Shown in pieces: positions 1 to 9,246 of a stretch of 64,000 nt of DNA. The stretch's first letter is position 1; every line of letters begins with the position of its first letter. Where the stretch lies: sequence record OR567511.1; one strand, given 5' to 3'. Below the pieces are notes generated by a model that was not told where the DNA came from, searched no databases, and saw only the letters and a list, made by a program, of their open reading frames with translations. A program made the translations under genes and the position numbers. The stretch comes from Enterobacter phage vB_Ent31.

Positions 1-1236
1 ATCTGCGGTGTTCAGCCAATGAGTTCTCCAACCGGACAGGTATTCGCTCTGCGTGCTGTTTACGGTAAAGACCCTCTGGCCGCTGGTGCTAAAGAAGCAT
101 TCCACCCAATGTACGCTCCAGATGCAATGTTCTCTGGTCAGGGTGCTGCTCAGAAATTCGCAGCTGTTAAAGCTTCCGATGTTCTGACTGTTGGTGCTAT
201 CGTAGTTCACGATTTCGCTGATGTTGGTCGCGCTTACTTCCAGGTTGCTGAAGGTTTCACCGTAGACGCTGGTGCTACCGATGCTGAAAAACTGGATAAA
301 GCAGTTAAAGCTGCTGAAGAAGCTGGTCAGCTGGTAGAAATCGCTGAAGGTATGGCTACCTCTGTTGCGGAACTGCAGGAGAACTTCAACGGTTCTACTG
401 ACAACCCATGGAATGAAATGGGCTTCCGTATCGATAAGCAAGTTATCGAAGCTAAATCCCGTCAGCTGAAAGCTCAGTACTCTATTGAACTGGCTCAAGA
501 CTTACGTGCTGTTCACGGTATGGATGCAGATGCTGAACTGTCTGGTATTCTGGCTACCGAAATCATGCTGGAAATCAACCGCGAAGTTGTAGACTGGATT
601 AACTACTCTGCGCAACTGGGTAAAACCGGTATGACTCAGACCGTTGGTTCTAAAGCTGGTGTATTTGACTTCCAGGACCCAGTAGATATTCGTGGCGCTC
701 GTTGGGCAGGTGAAAGCTTCAAAGCTCTTCTGTTCCAAATCGATAAAGAAGCTGCTGAAATCGCACGTCAGACTGGTCGTGGTGCTGGTAACTTCATCAT
801 CGCTTCTCGTAACGTAGTTAACGCTCTGGCAGCTGTTGACACTGGCGTTACTCCTGCTGCTCAGGGTCTGGGTCAAGGCTTCAACGCTGATACCACTAAG
901 ACTGTGTTCGCAGGTATTCTGGGCGGTCGTTATAAAGTATACATCGACCAGTACGCTCGTCAGGACTACTTCACCATTGGTTACAAAGGTGCTAACGAGA
1001 TGGATGCTGGTATCTACTACGCTCCATACGTTGCTCTGACTCCACTGCGTGGTTCCGACCCGAAAAACTTCCAGCCGGTCATGGGGTTCAAAACCCGTTA
1101 CGGTATTGGTATCAACCCGTTTGCTGATAGTGCATCACAGCAGCCGAATGCTCGCATTCAGTCTGGTATGCCTTCTATCGTCAACTCCGTTGGTAAGAAC
1201 GCGTACTTCCGTCGCATCTGGGTTAAAGGTCTGTAA
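1..1236 (+). CDS. 23: Major capsid protein gp23 (C-terminal ~405 aa; gene starts upstream of the window)
   Basis: ORF 19..1236 in frame from the window edge; protein aligns by eye to T4 gp23 C-terminal region; followed by hairpin terminator; position before gene 24. Confidence 0.93.
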   Translation: MCGVQPMSSPTGQVFALRAVYGKDPLAAGAKEAFHPMYAPDAMFSGQGAAQKFAAVKASDVLTVGAIVVHDFADVGRAYFQVAEGFTVDAGATDAEKLDKAVKAAEEAGQLVEIAEGMATSVAELQENFNGSTDNPWNEMGFRIDKQVIEAKSRQLKAQYSIELAQDLRAVHGMDADAELSGILATEIMLEINREVVDWINYSAQLGKTGMTQTVGSKAGVFDFQDPVDIRGARWAGESFKALLFQIDKEAAEIARQTGRGAGNFIIASRNVVNALAAVDTGVTPAAQGLGQGFNADTTKTVFAGILGGRYKVYIDQYARQDYFTIGYKGANEMDAGIYYAPYVALTPLRGSDPKNFQPVMGFKTRYGIGINPFADSASQQPNARIQSGMPSIVNSVGKNAYFRRIWVKGL

Positions 1237-1247
1237 TCCAATTAAAT

Positions 1248-1275
1248 GGGAGCCGCAAGGCTCCCATTGTTGTTT
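1248..1275 (+). terminator. intrinsic terminator after gene 23
   Basis: GGGAGCCGCAAGGCTCCC hairpin + T-rich tail. Confidence 0.6.
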
Positions 1276-1321
1276 CTACGGATGATAAATAAAAGTATAA
1301 TCCACTAGAGGAAAAGCGACG

Positions 1322-2605
1322 ATGGCTAACATCCATGACCTTCTGCGCGAATCAACTACAACGACGAGTTCAATTTCTGCCCGTCCTAGCCTCGTTGCAT
1401 TGACTCGCGCTACTACTAAATTAATTTACTCTGATATTGTAGCTACTCAGCGTACTACTCAACCTACTGCTGCTTTCTATGGTATCAAATATTTGAACCC
1501 TAACAAAGAATTAACGTTCCTTACTGGTGCTACCTACGCAGGTCAAACTGGTACTGAGGACCGTAAGTCTATTGAAACATTAACTGCTTCAAATAAAGAT
1601 TCATTTGGCAAGGGCGATTTATTCAAATACAATGACATTGTTTACAAAGTACTTGTAGATAATCCATTTGACCAGATTACTGAAACTGATTTAGAAGTTG
1701 TAATTCAGATTTCTCTGGTTAAACTCACTACTCGTTTAATGTCTGATGCTGCTATCACTTCCAAGTTTGAAACTGCTGGAGCTGATATCGCTGAAGCTAA
1801 ATTCCAAATTGATAAATGGCAGACTCAGGTTAAATCTCGTAAACTTAAAACAAGTTTGACTGTTGAATTGGCCCAGGACCTTGAAGCTAACGGCTTTGAT
1901 GCTTCTAATTTTATCGATGATTTACTGGCTACTGAAATGGCCGATGAAATTAACAAAGACATTTTACAAAGTCTTGTGACAGTTTCAAAACGATATAAAG
2001 TTGAAGGTATCACAGATACTGGATTCATCGATTTATCTTATGCATCTGCCCCAGAAGCTGGTCGTTCTCTGTATCGCATGGTATGCGAAATGGTTTCTCA
2101 TATTCAGCGCTCAACATCCTTTACAGCAACATTCGCTGTAGCATCTACTCGTGCTGCTGCTGTTCTTGCTGCATCAGGTTGGTTGAAACATCAAGCTGGA
2201 GATGATGAATATCTATCAGAGAATGCTTATGGTTTCCTGGCAAACGGTTTGCCTCTGTATTGCGATACTAACACTCCACTTGATTATGTAATTGTTGGTG
2301 TAGTAGAAGATATTGGTGATAAAGAAGTTGTATCGAGTATTTTCTATGCTCCATACACTGAAGGTATCGACCTTGATGACCCGGAACATGTTGGTGCATT
2401 TAAAGTAATTGTTGACCCAGAAAGCTTACAGCCTTCTGTAGCTTTACTCGTTCGTTATGCACTGTCTGCTAACCCGTATACTGTAGCTAAAGATGAAAAG
2501 GAAGCTCGAATCATTGATGGCGGGGATATGGATAAGATGGCAGGACGTTCTGATTTATCAGTTCTTCTTGGTGTTAAGTTACCAAAAATCATCATTGAAG
2601 ACTAA
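1322..2605 (+). CDS. 24: Head vertex protein gp24
   Basis: 427 aa, gp23-paralogue fold/size; SD GAGGAAAA upstream; T4 synteny 23-24. Confidence 0.9.
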   Translation: MANIHDLLRESTTTTSSISARPSLVALTRATTKLIYSDIVATQRTTQPTAAFYGIKYLNPNKELTFLTGATYAGQTGTEDRKSIETLTASNKDSFGKGDLFKYNDIVYKVLVDNPFDQITETDLEVVIQISLVKLTTRLMSDAAITSKFETAGADIAEAKFQIDKWQTQVKSRKLKTSLTVELAQDLEANGFDASNFIDDLLATEMADEINKDILQSLVTVSKRYKVEGITDTGFIDLSYASAPEAGRSLYRMVCEMVSHIQRSTSFTATFAVASTRAAAVLAASGWLKHQAGDDEYLSENAYGFLANGLPLYCDTNTPLDYVIVGVVEDIGDKEVVSSIFYAPYTEGIDLDDPEHVGAFKVIVDPESLQPSVALLVRYALSANPYTVAKDEKEARIIDGGDMDKMAGRSDLSVLLGVKLPKIIIED

Positions 2606-2611
2606 AAGAAA

Positions 2612-2634
2612 GGGAACCGTGAGGTTCCCTTTTG
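2612..2634. terminator. bidirectional terminator between gene 24 and SLOG-like ORF
   Basis: AAAGGGAACCGTGAGGTTCCCTTTT. Confidence 0.6.
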
Positions 2635-2637
2635 TAG

Positions 2638-3183
2638 TTATAAAGCAAATATATCGAATGTTGGCGCGTACTTGTCTTTGAATCTCTGATAGATTTCCTT
2701 TTCATACAGATTGTAGCAAGGTATCCCATGACGCTTAGCTATATCAACGGCCACTCGTGTCCCTCCAGTAACGCTAGAGAGTTTTATTGGAGCATAGAAT
2801 AGTACCATATCTACGGGTGACTGGCAGTCCTCTCCGAGCACCTGGAGTGCATTGCGGGCAAATAAAGTCTTCACTATATCCCGGCACTCATCCCAGTAAC
2901 TTGTCACTTCTCTTGCTTTAATTACACTCCTGATTCTCACTTCATTTGGAAAATCTTTCCACACCTTTACTCCAACTCCGGTTTTAAGACCATTGAAGCC
3001 TTCGTATGGTATGATACGTAATGAACGTTCACGGTCGTATCTACTGAGCCATGATTCATCTGCACCAGGAGCACCTCCCGAATACGAAAAATGGCCTGAC
3101 TCCGAAAGAGCCTGACCAGTTAATGACATGACATCTAAAACACGACGTGGCGTCTCTCGAGAACCGATTAACGCCAAACGCAT
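2638..3183 (-). CDS. SLOG/DprA(Smf)-like Rossmann-fold protein, 181 aa
   Basis: Motifs LALIGSRETP ... SGGAPGADESW ... GGTRVAVDIA typical of DprA/SLOG nucleotide-binding fold; start ATG overlaps rnlB stop (TAATG) indicating translational coupling; no T4 counterpart at this position. Confidence 0.5.
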   Translation of the reverse strand: MRLALIGSRETPRRVLDVMSLTGQALSESGHFSYSGGAPGADESWLSRYDRERSLRIIPYEGFNGLKTGVGVKVWKDFPNEVRIRSVIKAREVTSYWDECRDIVKTLFARNALQVLGEDCQSPVDMVLFYAPIKLSSVTGGTRVAVDIAKRHGIPCYNLYEKEIYQRFKDKYAPTFDIFAL

Positions 3184-4187
3184 TAGTTACTTACCAGTTC
3201 AATCCAAACCGGACGAATTACGCCTTGCACGTAATTGACAAGCTCTTTCTTGACTACATCAGGATTATCAGCGTCAGTAATGAAGATTTCTTCACGACCA
3301 GCTTCTTCCAGAATGTCCTGGACAGTAAGACCCATAACTTTGCCAAAGTCTTTTGGACCAACTTGACCAATCTTACTGATAACGTTATTGACTCGGTTCA
3401 GAGTAGCATAAGCTGCCAGGGTGGAGAAAGCTACCTTATCAATATCAGTCAGTTCAACCTTAGCTTTAATAGGCTTATCGGATTTAGCTTTCTCAGAGAA
3501 CTTGGAGTTCTTGCATTTGATAGCTACACGAGAACCATTAGGGAAGAATTTAGGATAGCACGGTTTCAGAACGTAGCCTTCAGCGATGTTGCTTTCTGAA
3601 ACAACCGCCTGGAATGGCATAGTATTAGCTTCTTCAAGACCGTGAGCTTCAATAGCTTGATTATAGCGATTAACTACAACATCCAGCATATTAGGAATTT
3701 GAATCAAGTCATCGAATTTACCACGACCCAGCAGTGGAGCCATTTTAAACCCAAAGACATTACACATGCGTTCCATCATGAAATCGTCAACATAAGACGA
3801 TTCACCGGATTCGGTAGTCACTTTAATATCAAAGACATAGAAGTCTTTTTCACCGTAATCAACACCTTTCTGAATTCCGCCACCAGCAAATTCACCAAAG
3901 ATTTGATAAGCTACAGTAGCACCAGTCAGTGCAGCTTGAACAGCTTTAAATGACTCGTTATAGCGACCCATAATAACCATATAGCCAAAGAAGTCTTCCG
4001 CTGGCAGAATAGGGCCAGTACGCTTAGCAGGCTGAATGTTATCTTTAGTTACGATAACAGAGAAGTTAGTGCCGTGAATTTTCTCACGCGCCACCCAAGT
4101 TTCAGAGACATCAAAACCAGCATTACGAATACGCTCAATGAATTTACCGTTGTAGTGGTTCTCGAGCGTTGAATATTTCTCAAACAT
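3183..4187 (-). CDS. rnlB: RNA ligase 2 (RnlB, gp24.1)
   Basis: 334 aa; near-identical N-terminus to T4 Rnl2 (MF.KYS.LENHYN.KFIE... EKIHGTNFS lysine-adenylylation motif); same length as T4 (334 aa). Confidence 0.93.
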   Translation of the reverse strand: MFEKYSTLENHYNGKFIERIRNAGFDVSETWVAREKIHGTNFSVIVTKDNIQPAKRTGPILPAEDFFGYMVIMGRYNESFKAVQAALTGATVAYQIFGEFAGGGIQKGVDYGEKDFYVFDIKVTTESGESSYVDDFMMERMCNVFGFKMAPLLGRGKFDDLIQIPNMLDVVVNRYNQAIEAHGLEEANTMPFQAVVSESNIAEGYVLKPCYPKFFPNGSRVAIKCKNSKFSEKAKSDKPIKAKVELTDIDKVAFSTLAAYATLNRVNNVISKIGQVGPKDFGKVMGLTVQDILEEAGREEIFITDADNPDVVKKELVNYVQGVIRPVWIELVSN

Positions 4188-4195
4188 ATTTCACC

Positions 4196-4453
4196 TTAGA
4201 ATTTAATTTTGAAAGACTGACCTTGATAGTCAGCATTGAACTCATATGAGAAGCCATTTTTAGAAAAGAATACTTTCATAGCTTCTACATTATTGCTCCA
4301 TTTTTCTGGAACAATATAAAACGTTTCAAACTTACCACGTTGTGCTGCGTTCCGCAGGTTATCTTTAATATGAGCTTTAATATCTTCTGGTAGTTCATCA
4401 CGCACACCCTGCGCCAATGCTCTGTATTCTTGAGCTAGACTCATTATAATCAC
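4196..4453 (-). CDS. hypothetical small protein (24.2 position)
   Basis: 85 aa ORF, minus-strand operon downstream of middle promoter. Confidence 0.45.
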   Translation of the reverse strand: MIIMSLAQEYRALAQGVRDELPEDIKAHIKDNLRNAAQRGKFETFYIVPEKWSNNVEAMKVFFSKNGFSYEFNADYQGQSFKIKF

Positions 4454-4527
4454 CGTATAAATATCAATAATTAGGGAGGGTTCTATCCTTCTATGGTCAA
4501 GCGTATGTACTAGAAAGAATCCGTGAA

Positions 4528-4558
4528 ACCATTATACCACGCGGATTCTTTAAGCATA
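4528..4558 (-). promoter_or_regulatory. MotA-dependent middle promoter (MotA box ATGCTTAAA + TGGTATAAT)
   Basis: minus: aTGCTTAAAgaatccgcgTGGTATAATgg; -10 embedded in inverted repeat GAATCCG…CGGATTC. Confidence 0.5.
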
Positions 4559-4912
4559 TTATAGAGGGATTACCTTATACTTCTTATTGCCACGAGCATC
4601 ACGCTTACAAACTAATCTGCACTTCATGCCGCTTGCGATTGTGTAATCTTCATCAACCTTCATCCGCATCCAGTCTAATATCATTCCAAATGGGTTCAAA
4701 GATTTTTCAACTTCAACCATAATCTTCGTTCCAGATTTATAGAACTTCGATTCTTGTTGTACATGGTCAGCCAATGCACAAGCAAATGCAGATGGACTCA
4801 GGAATTTGTTGTAACCATGAGCTGCAGCTACAAATGTGTTATCTAACGCATGCTGAATGTTTTTGATAACTACCTTAGAATATCCAAGGTGTTTTTCAGG
4901 ATACTTATTCAT
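4559..4912 (-). CDS. hypothetical protein (24.3 position)
   Basis: 117 aa ORF; start overlaps stop of upstream ORF (ATGAATAA). Confidence 0.45.
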   Translation of the reverse strand: MNKYPEKHLGYSKVVIKNIQHALDNTFVAAAHGYNKFLSPSAFACALADHVQQESKFYKSGTKIMVEVEKSLNPFGMILDWMRMKVDEDYTIASGMKCRLVCKRDARGNKKYKVIPL

Positions 4913-5138
4913 TAAATCCCCTCATATGTTTTACGAGTTGTTGATGACGAGATTCTACATCAGTATTAGATAAGCGTTTACGATAGACGATGATTTCTCT
5001 TCGTTTAGCGCGAGCTCGAGCGGCTTCGACTTTTGCGTAATACAGCGCAGCTTCTTCTGGCTTAATGCCAGCTTCTCGAGCGATTTCAATAAAGCTCATG
5101 CCGTTTTCATGCTTAAAATGAATCTCAATCGGTGTCAT
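4905..5138 (-). CDS. Small HTH DNA-binding protein (sigma-70 region 4 / LuxR-like helix-turn-helix)
   Basis: 77 aa; segment MSFIEIAREAGIKPEEAALYYAKVEAARARAKRRE resembles sigma region-4 HTH; own MotA-type promoter upstream. Confidence 0.45.
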   Translation of the reverse strand: MTPIEIHFKHENGMSFIEIAREAGIKPEEAALYYAKVEAARARAKRREIIVYRKRLSNTDVESRHQQLVKHMRGFNE

Positions 5139-5163
5139 TACTTTATCCTACAGTGAAAGTTGT

Positions 5164-5194
5164 TGGTATAATACCATTCTCTAGAAAAAGCAAA
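5164..5194 (-). promoter_or_regulatory. MotA-type middle promoter upstream of HTH ORF
   Basis: minus: TTTGCTTTTTctagagaaTGGTATTATACC, immediately after hoc terminator. Confidence 0.45.
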
Positions 5195-5196
5195 AG

Positions 5197-5212
5197 GAGC
5201 CCGAAGGCTCCT
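5197..5212 (-). terminator. terminator after hoc
   Basis: GGAGCCCGAAGGCTCC followed (minus) by TTTTGCTTTTT. Confidence 0.55.
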
Positions 5213-5213
5213 T

Positions 5214-5771
5214 TTAATAGATGATACCAGCATCAAGTGCTGTTCTGTGGACGATTCGTCCATTTCGTGATTCTTGCACATCAACTTCAGGATAGTCTGC
5301 TATCATTTTAGCTAATGTAGCTAAGTGGCAGTAATATGGAGTATCTGATGCAGTTGCTGTCTTCCAGTCTTTACCTTCTTGAGTCAGCTTCTGAATAGCA
5401 TCCATTACCCACCAACCCGCCCAGATATAAGCAGATGAACGCCATGGAAGTGGATGGACATAAAGAATAGGGCATTCAGCTGGAATTTCTGGTTCAGCCG
5501 CATTAACAGTCAAATTGGTAGTAGCAGTTTGAACATCATCTGGTTGAGCATCAACTTTAGTCGTAGACGTAACTTTAACAACTTTAGTTCCTGCTGTAGC
5601 TGCTGTGTAATCTAAAGTGTTTGTAACTGAAGATTGAACTACATCATCAATCATCCATTCGTAAGTTACAGTTGAACCTTCAGGTGCTCCCGTCAAAGTA
5701 GCAGTGAACTGCTGGGAATCTCCAATCTTGATAGTGGGATTTAGTGGCGCTAAAGTAATTGAGGTAGCCAT
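5214..5771 (-). CDS. hoc: Hoc-like outer capsid protein, short form (single Ig-like domain + C-terminal capsid-binding region)
   Basis: 185 aa; N-terminal Ig-like/Big_2-type beta-rich segment (TLTGAPEGSTVTYEWMIDD...), T4 hoc position between 24.3 and inh; T4 Hoc is 376 aa with 3 Ig domains. Confidence 0.55.
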   Translation of the reverse strand: MATSITLAPLNPTIKIGDSQQFTATLTGAPEGSTVTYEWMIDDVVQSSVTNTLDYTAATAGTKVVKVTSTTKVDAQPDDVQTATTNLTVNAAEPEIPAECPILYVHPLPWRSSAYIWAGWWVMDAIQKLTQEGKDWKTATASDTPYYCHLATLAKMIADYPEVDVQESRNGRIVHRTALDAGIIY

Positions 5772-5804
5772 ATATTTTCCAAAGTTAAAGAGGGACTAGC
5801 CCTC

Positions 5805-6560
5805 TTATGAAAGTGTAGCAAATGAGGAGTTTCGAGTTTCTCTTACTTGAACTGAACCATTACGTTTGATGTAATAAATCAAGCTCAAAAGAGTTTGATG
5901 AGCAGTAGGATGCTCAAATGACAGTGGTCGAGATTTCCAATCTGGATTTTCAAGAATCCACTGATAAATCCACCAAGGAAGAGTAGCATAGCCTGGATTA
6001 CGCCCAATTAAATGCAGAGATGGACTGAAATCAGTCGGAAGCTCGAATGTGTCAGTTTCAATAACTTTGACAACTTTATCCATAGCTTCATTAAATTCAT
6101 CTTGGGCCATATTCCTTACTGGAATTTTATGAACTTCACCGTCATCTGAAACTATAATCACAGAATCGCCGATTGGGGCTTCAAGAATAACGCCTTTAGC
6201 AGGGTCCATTGGCTTACCAAAATGAGGGTCGATATCAGTTACTTTCACTTGTGGCGTATCTGCCGATACAGAATCAATCAACAGACGAGCTTCTTCTTTA
6301 GCTTCATCTTTAAAAATAGCAGTGCCTTTGGCCTCGTCGTCAGCTTGAATAAGGTCATAGATTGAAAGACCGTCATTCTGCTCTGGCATGGGTTCATTAG
6401 CAAGTTTAGCCAATTCGACTTCAAGGTCAGCGACCATATTGTCAAAGGCTTTAGTTTTCTTCAGCTTGATGCCGAAGGTTTCAGCGTACTCGGCAAGCTT
6501 TTCTTTGGCTTCTTTTTTCTCAAGTGCACCGATTTCAGCAATATAATCTTTATCTAACAT
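5805..6560 (-). CDS. inh: Inh-like protein (inhibitor of prohead protease) by position
   Basis: ORF 5805..6626 trimmed to ATG at 6560 preceded by GAGG; located between hoc and uvsW as in T4; late promoter TATAAATA upstream on minus strand. Confidence 0.45.
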   Translation of the reverse strand: MLDKDYIAEIGALEKKEAKEKLAEYAETFGIKLKKTKAFDNMVADLEVELAKLANEPMPEQNDGLSIYDLIQADDEAKGTAIFKDEAKEEARLLIDSVSADTPQVKVTDIDPHFGKPMDPAKGVILEAPIGDSVIIVSDDGEVHKIPVRNMAQDEFNEAMDKVVKVIETDTFELPTDFSPSLHLIGRNPGYATLPWWIYQWILENPDWKSRPLSFEHPTAHQTLLSLIYYIKRNGSVQVRETRNSSFATLS

Positions 6561-6575
6561 AGTAGCCTCGTTGTG

Positions 6576-6583
6576 TATAAATA
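6576..6583 (+). promoter_or_regulatory. late promoter TATAAATA (uvsW)
   Basis: exact TATAAATA ~30 nt upstream of uvsW ATG. Confidence 0.6.
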
Positions 6584-6589
6584 TAAATG

Positions 6590-6597
6590 TATTTATA
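6590..6597 (-). promoter_or_regulatory. late promoter TATAAATA (inh, divergent)
   Basis: exact TATAAATA on minus strand ~30 nt upstream of inh ATG. Confidence 0.55.
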
Positions 6598-6612
6598 ACT
6601 AAGGAATCGGCA

Positions 6613-8115
6613 ATGCACGATATCAATGTAAAATTTCATGATTTTAGTCATGTGTTTATTGAGTGTGATGAATCCACATTCCATGAACTAAGAGACTATT
6701 TTAGTTTTGAAGCTGATGGCTACAAATTCAATCCAAAGTATCGTTATGGACATTGGGATGGACGTATTCGCCTTCTGAACTATGACCGTCTGTTACCGTT
6801 CGGCCTCGTCGGACAAATCCGTAAATTCGCAAACAACATGGGTTATTCAGTTTACTTCGAACCGAAGATTTTTGAGACTGAAGAAATTACTCGTAAAGAT
6901 TTTGATGACTGGCTTGGTAATCTCAACATTTACTCTGGGAGTAAAAAGATTGAGCCTCACTGGTATCAGAAAGATGCTGTGTTTGAAGGGTTAGTGAATC
7001 GTCGTCGAATTCTAAACCTCCCAACATCTGCTGGTAAATCTTTAATCCAATGCTTGCTTGCGCGTTATTATGTTGAGAACTACGAAGGTAAAATTTTAAT
7101 CATCGTTCCAACGACAGCATTAGTTGACCAGATGATTAATGACTTCTGTGATTATCGTCTGTTTGGCAAACAACATTGTCTTGGTATTCGGTCAGGTACA
7201 AAGCGCGATTCAGATGCGATGATTTATGTTGCTACCTGGCAGACAGCTGTTAAACAGCCAAAAGAATGGTTTCATCAATTCGGCATGATGATGAATGACG
7301 AATGTCATCTGGCTACTGGCAAATCTATTTCAACTATCGTTGCTGGTTTAAATAATTGCATGTTTAAGTTCGGCTTGTCTGGTTCATTAAAAGACGGCAA
7401 AGCTAACGTGATGCAGTATGTTGGAATGTTCGGTGAAATTTTCCGTCCAGTTTCAACATCTCAGCTTATGGAAGATGGTCAAGTAACTGACTTAAAAATT
7501 AACTCAATCTTCCTTCGTTACCCAGACGAATTCACCACTAAGATGAAAGGTAAAACTTACCAAGAAGAAATCAAGGTAATTACCAGTGCAAAACGTCGTA
7601 ACAAATGGGTAGCTAATTTAGCTGTTAAACTGGCCAAAAGAAATGAAAACGCGTTCTTGATGTTCAAACATGTTGCTCATGGTAAAGAGCTGTTTGAAAT
7701 GATTAAAGAACTTGGACATGAGAAGGTGTATTACGTTTCAGGCGAAGTATCAACTGAAGTTCGTAACGCATTGAAAGCGATGGCTGAAAGTGGTACGGGG
7801 ATTATTGTAGTTGCATCTTACGGTGTATTCTCTACTGGTATTTCCGTTAAGAATCTTCACCATGTTATTTTAGCTCATCCAGTTAAGTCTAAAATTATCG
7901 TTCTGCAGACTATCGGTCGTGTACTTCGTAAGCATGATTCTAAATCAATTGCTACAGTATGGGATATCATCGATGATATGGGTGTTAAACCAAAATCAGC
8001 AAATGCTAAGAAGAAATACGTTCATTTGAACTATGCTTTAAAGCACGCGCTGGAGCGCATTCAGAGATATGCAGACGAAAAATTCAATTACGTAATGAAA
8101 CAAATCGATATTTGA
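6613..8115 (+). CDS. uvsW: UvsW DNA/RNA helicase
   Basis: N-terminus HDINVKFHDFSHVFIECDESTFHELRDYFSFEADGYKFNPKYRYGHWDGRIRLL matches T4 UvsW; SF2 helicase motifs; SD AAGGAA; late promoter upstream. Confidence 0.92.
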   Translation: MHDINVKFHDFSHVFIECDESTFHELRDYFSFEADGYKFNPKYRYGHWDGRIRLLNYDRLLPFGLVGQIRKFANNMGYSVYFEPKIFETEEITRKDFDDWLGNLNIYSGSKKIEPHWYQKDAVFEGLVNRRRILNLPTSAGKSLIQCLLARYYVENYEGKILIIVPTTALVDQMINDFCDYRLFGKQHCLGIRSGTKRDSDAMIYVATWQTAVKQPKEWFHQFGMMMNDECHLATGKSISTIVAGLNNCMFKFGLSGSLKDGKANVMQYVGMFGEIFRPVSTSQLMEDGQVTDLKINSIFLRYPDEFTTKMKGKTYQEEIKVITSAKRRNKWVANLAVKLAKRNENAFLMFKHVAHGKELFEMIKELGHEKVYYVSGEVSTEVRNALKAMAESGTGIIVVASYGVFSTGISVKNLHHVILAHPVKSKIIVLQTIGRVLRKHDSKSIATVWDIIDDMGVKPKSANAKKKYVHLNYALKHALERIQRYADEKFNYVMKQIDI

Positions 8116-8122
8116 GGAAGCT

Positions 8123-8362
8123 ATGAGCAATCTTAAAACTTTTGAACAAATCATTTACGAGGCATCGATTGATAACTTCATGAGCAAAATTAATTCTTGT
8201 CAGACTTTAGATGGTTTGAAAGAGCTTGAGAATTATTATGAGAAGCGCTCAAAGGAAGCTGAGCTGGCTGATTCTGATGACATCAGTGTACGTGATGCTT
8301 TGGCGGGGCGTCGAGCTGAACTCGAAGCTGCAGATGATTCTGAGTCGGAAGAAGACTTCTAA
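8123..8362 (+). CDS. uvsW.1: UvsW.1 small acidic protein
   Basis: 79 aa immediately after uvsW with SD GAGGAAG; T4 synteny. Confidence 0.65.
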   Translation: MSNLKTFEQIIYEASIDNFMSKINSCQTLDGLKELENYYEKRSKEAELADSDDISVRDALAGRRAELEAADDSESEEDF

Positions 8363-8365
8363 TAA

Positions 8366-8387
8366 AAAGGCCCCTCTTTCGAGGGGC
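8366..8387 (-). terminator. terminator after uvsY operon (possibly bidirectional)
   Basis: GCCCCTCTTTCGAGGGGC with U-run on minus strand. Confidence 0.55.
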
Positions 8388-8414
8388 AAACCACAAGTGG
8401 CATAAAACACTAGG

Positions 8415-8582
8415 CTACATTAAAAGTTGCGTTTCGGTTAATTGCTCTTCTGCGCTTTCGCTTACCGGCAATTCAATCGCATAATTATAGCAGGCTCCCG
8501 GATGAACCGGACCTTTATCTGTCTCAACAACCAATGCCGAATCAATCGGTTGCTTACAGACAGCACAAATCTTTTCAGACAT
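8415..8582 (-). CDS. uvsY.-1-like small Zn-ribbon protein (55 aa; not in supplied ORF track)
   Basis: ORF MSEKICAVCKQPIDSALVVETDKGPVHPGACYNY... with CxxC...C; strong SD GAGGAG 6 nt upstream; followed by terminator hairpin. Confidence 0.5.
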   Translation of the reverse strand: MSEKICAVCKQPIDSALVVETDKGPVHPGACYNYAIELPVSESAEEQLTETQLLM

Positions 8583-8605
8583 GATTGTCTCCTCTAGTTA
8601 CAATT

Positions 8606-8833
8606 CTATTTATAAGCTTGTTTATAAACTTCCATATTGCCACCAATTTGTCTCATATGCATGTCAATTCCCATATTTTCTTCATAGAAATAGACATCTA
8701 AGTAACCAGCGAACTTTCCTTTGATATAAAGTACATCTTCACCGACTGGATGGTCTGGGATGATGCGAATATCATCCCTTCTAACACGTCGTGACTTCAT
8801 CAAAAACTGTATTTCAGTTTCAAACTCATCCAT
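8606..8833 (-). CDS. uvsY.-2-like hypothetical protein
   Basis: 75 aa ORF directly downstream of uvsY. Confidence 0.5.
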   Translation of the reverse strand: MDEFETEIQFLMKSRRVRRDDIRIIPDHPVGEDVLYIKGKFAGYLDVYFYEENMGIDMHMRQIGGNMEVYKQAYK

Positions 8834-9246
8834 TACTCACCCGCTTCAAATTTACGCATTTCAATAATATGCTTAATTGAGAATCCACGAGATTTGATAG
8901 CATCCATCGCATCACGACAGAACTCCAACAAAATCCCCCAATATTGCAAACTGGTATCAATACGAAGTACTTCTTTATCAGCAGACAGAACAGTCTTCAT
9001 TTCGGACTTTTCATAACGGTCCATGCTGAACTCGTCACCATCTCCTCTGCCTGTGTAATAATCCAACTTCTGTTTTAACGCGGACTTCTTCGAAGCCTCG
9101 ATGCGAAGCATTTCTTTACGAATAGCAGACAATTTTGTCAACCACTTACCATAAAGAACTGGATTATTAGCTGATTCATACTGCAATTTAGTTGAATCAA
9201 TAATCAAATCTTGCTTCAACTCCTCTTGGAGCTCTTCAAGTTTCAC
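8833..9246 (-). CDS. uvsY: UvsY recombination mediator
   Basis: 137 aa, same length as T4 UvsY; MKLEELQEELKQDL...LQYESANN...RGDGDEFSMDRYEKSEMKTVLSADKEVL conserved. Confidence 0.93.
   Translation of the reverse strand: MKLEELQEELKQDLIIDSTKLQYESANNPVLYGKWLTKLSAIRKEMLRIEASKKSALKQKLDYYTGRGDGDEFSMDRYEKSEMKTVLSADKEVLRIDTSLQYWGILLEFCRDAMDAIKSRGFSIKHIIEMRKFEAGE

Noticed and set aside
1286-1293. Late promoter upstream of gene 24
   Set aside because: Sequence is GATAAATA, not the exact TATAAATA required for T4 late promoters. Left uncalled.
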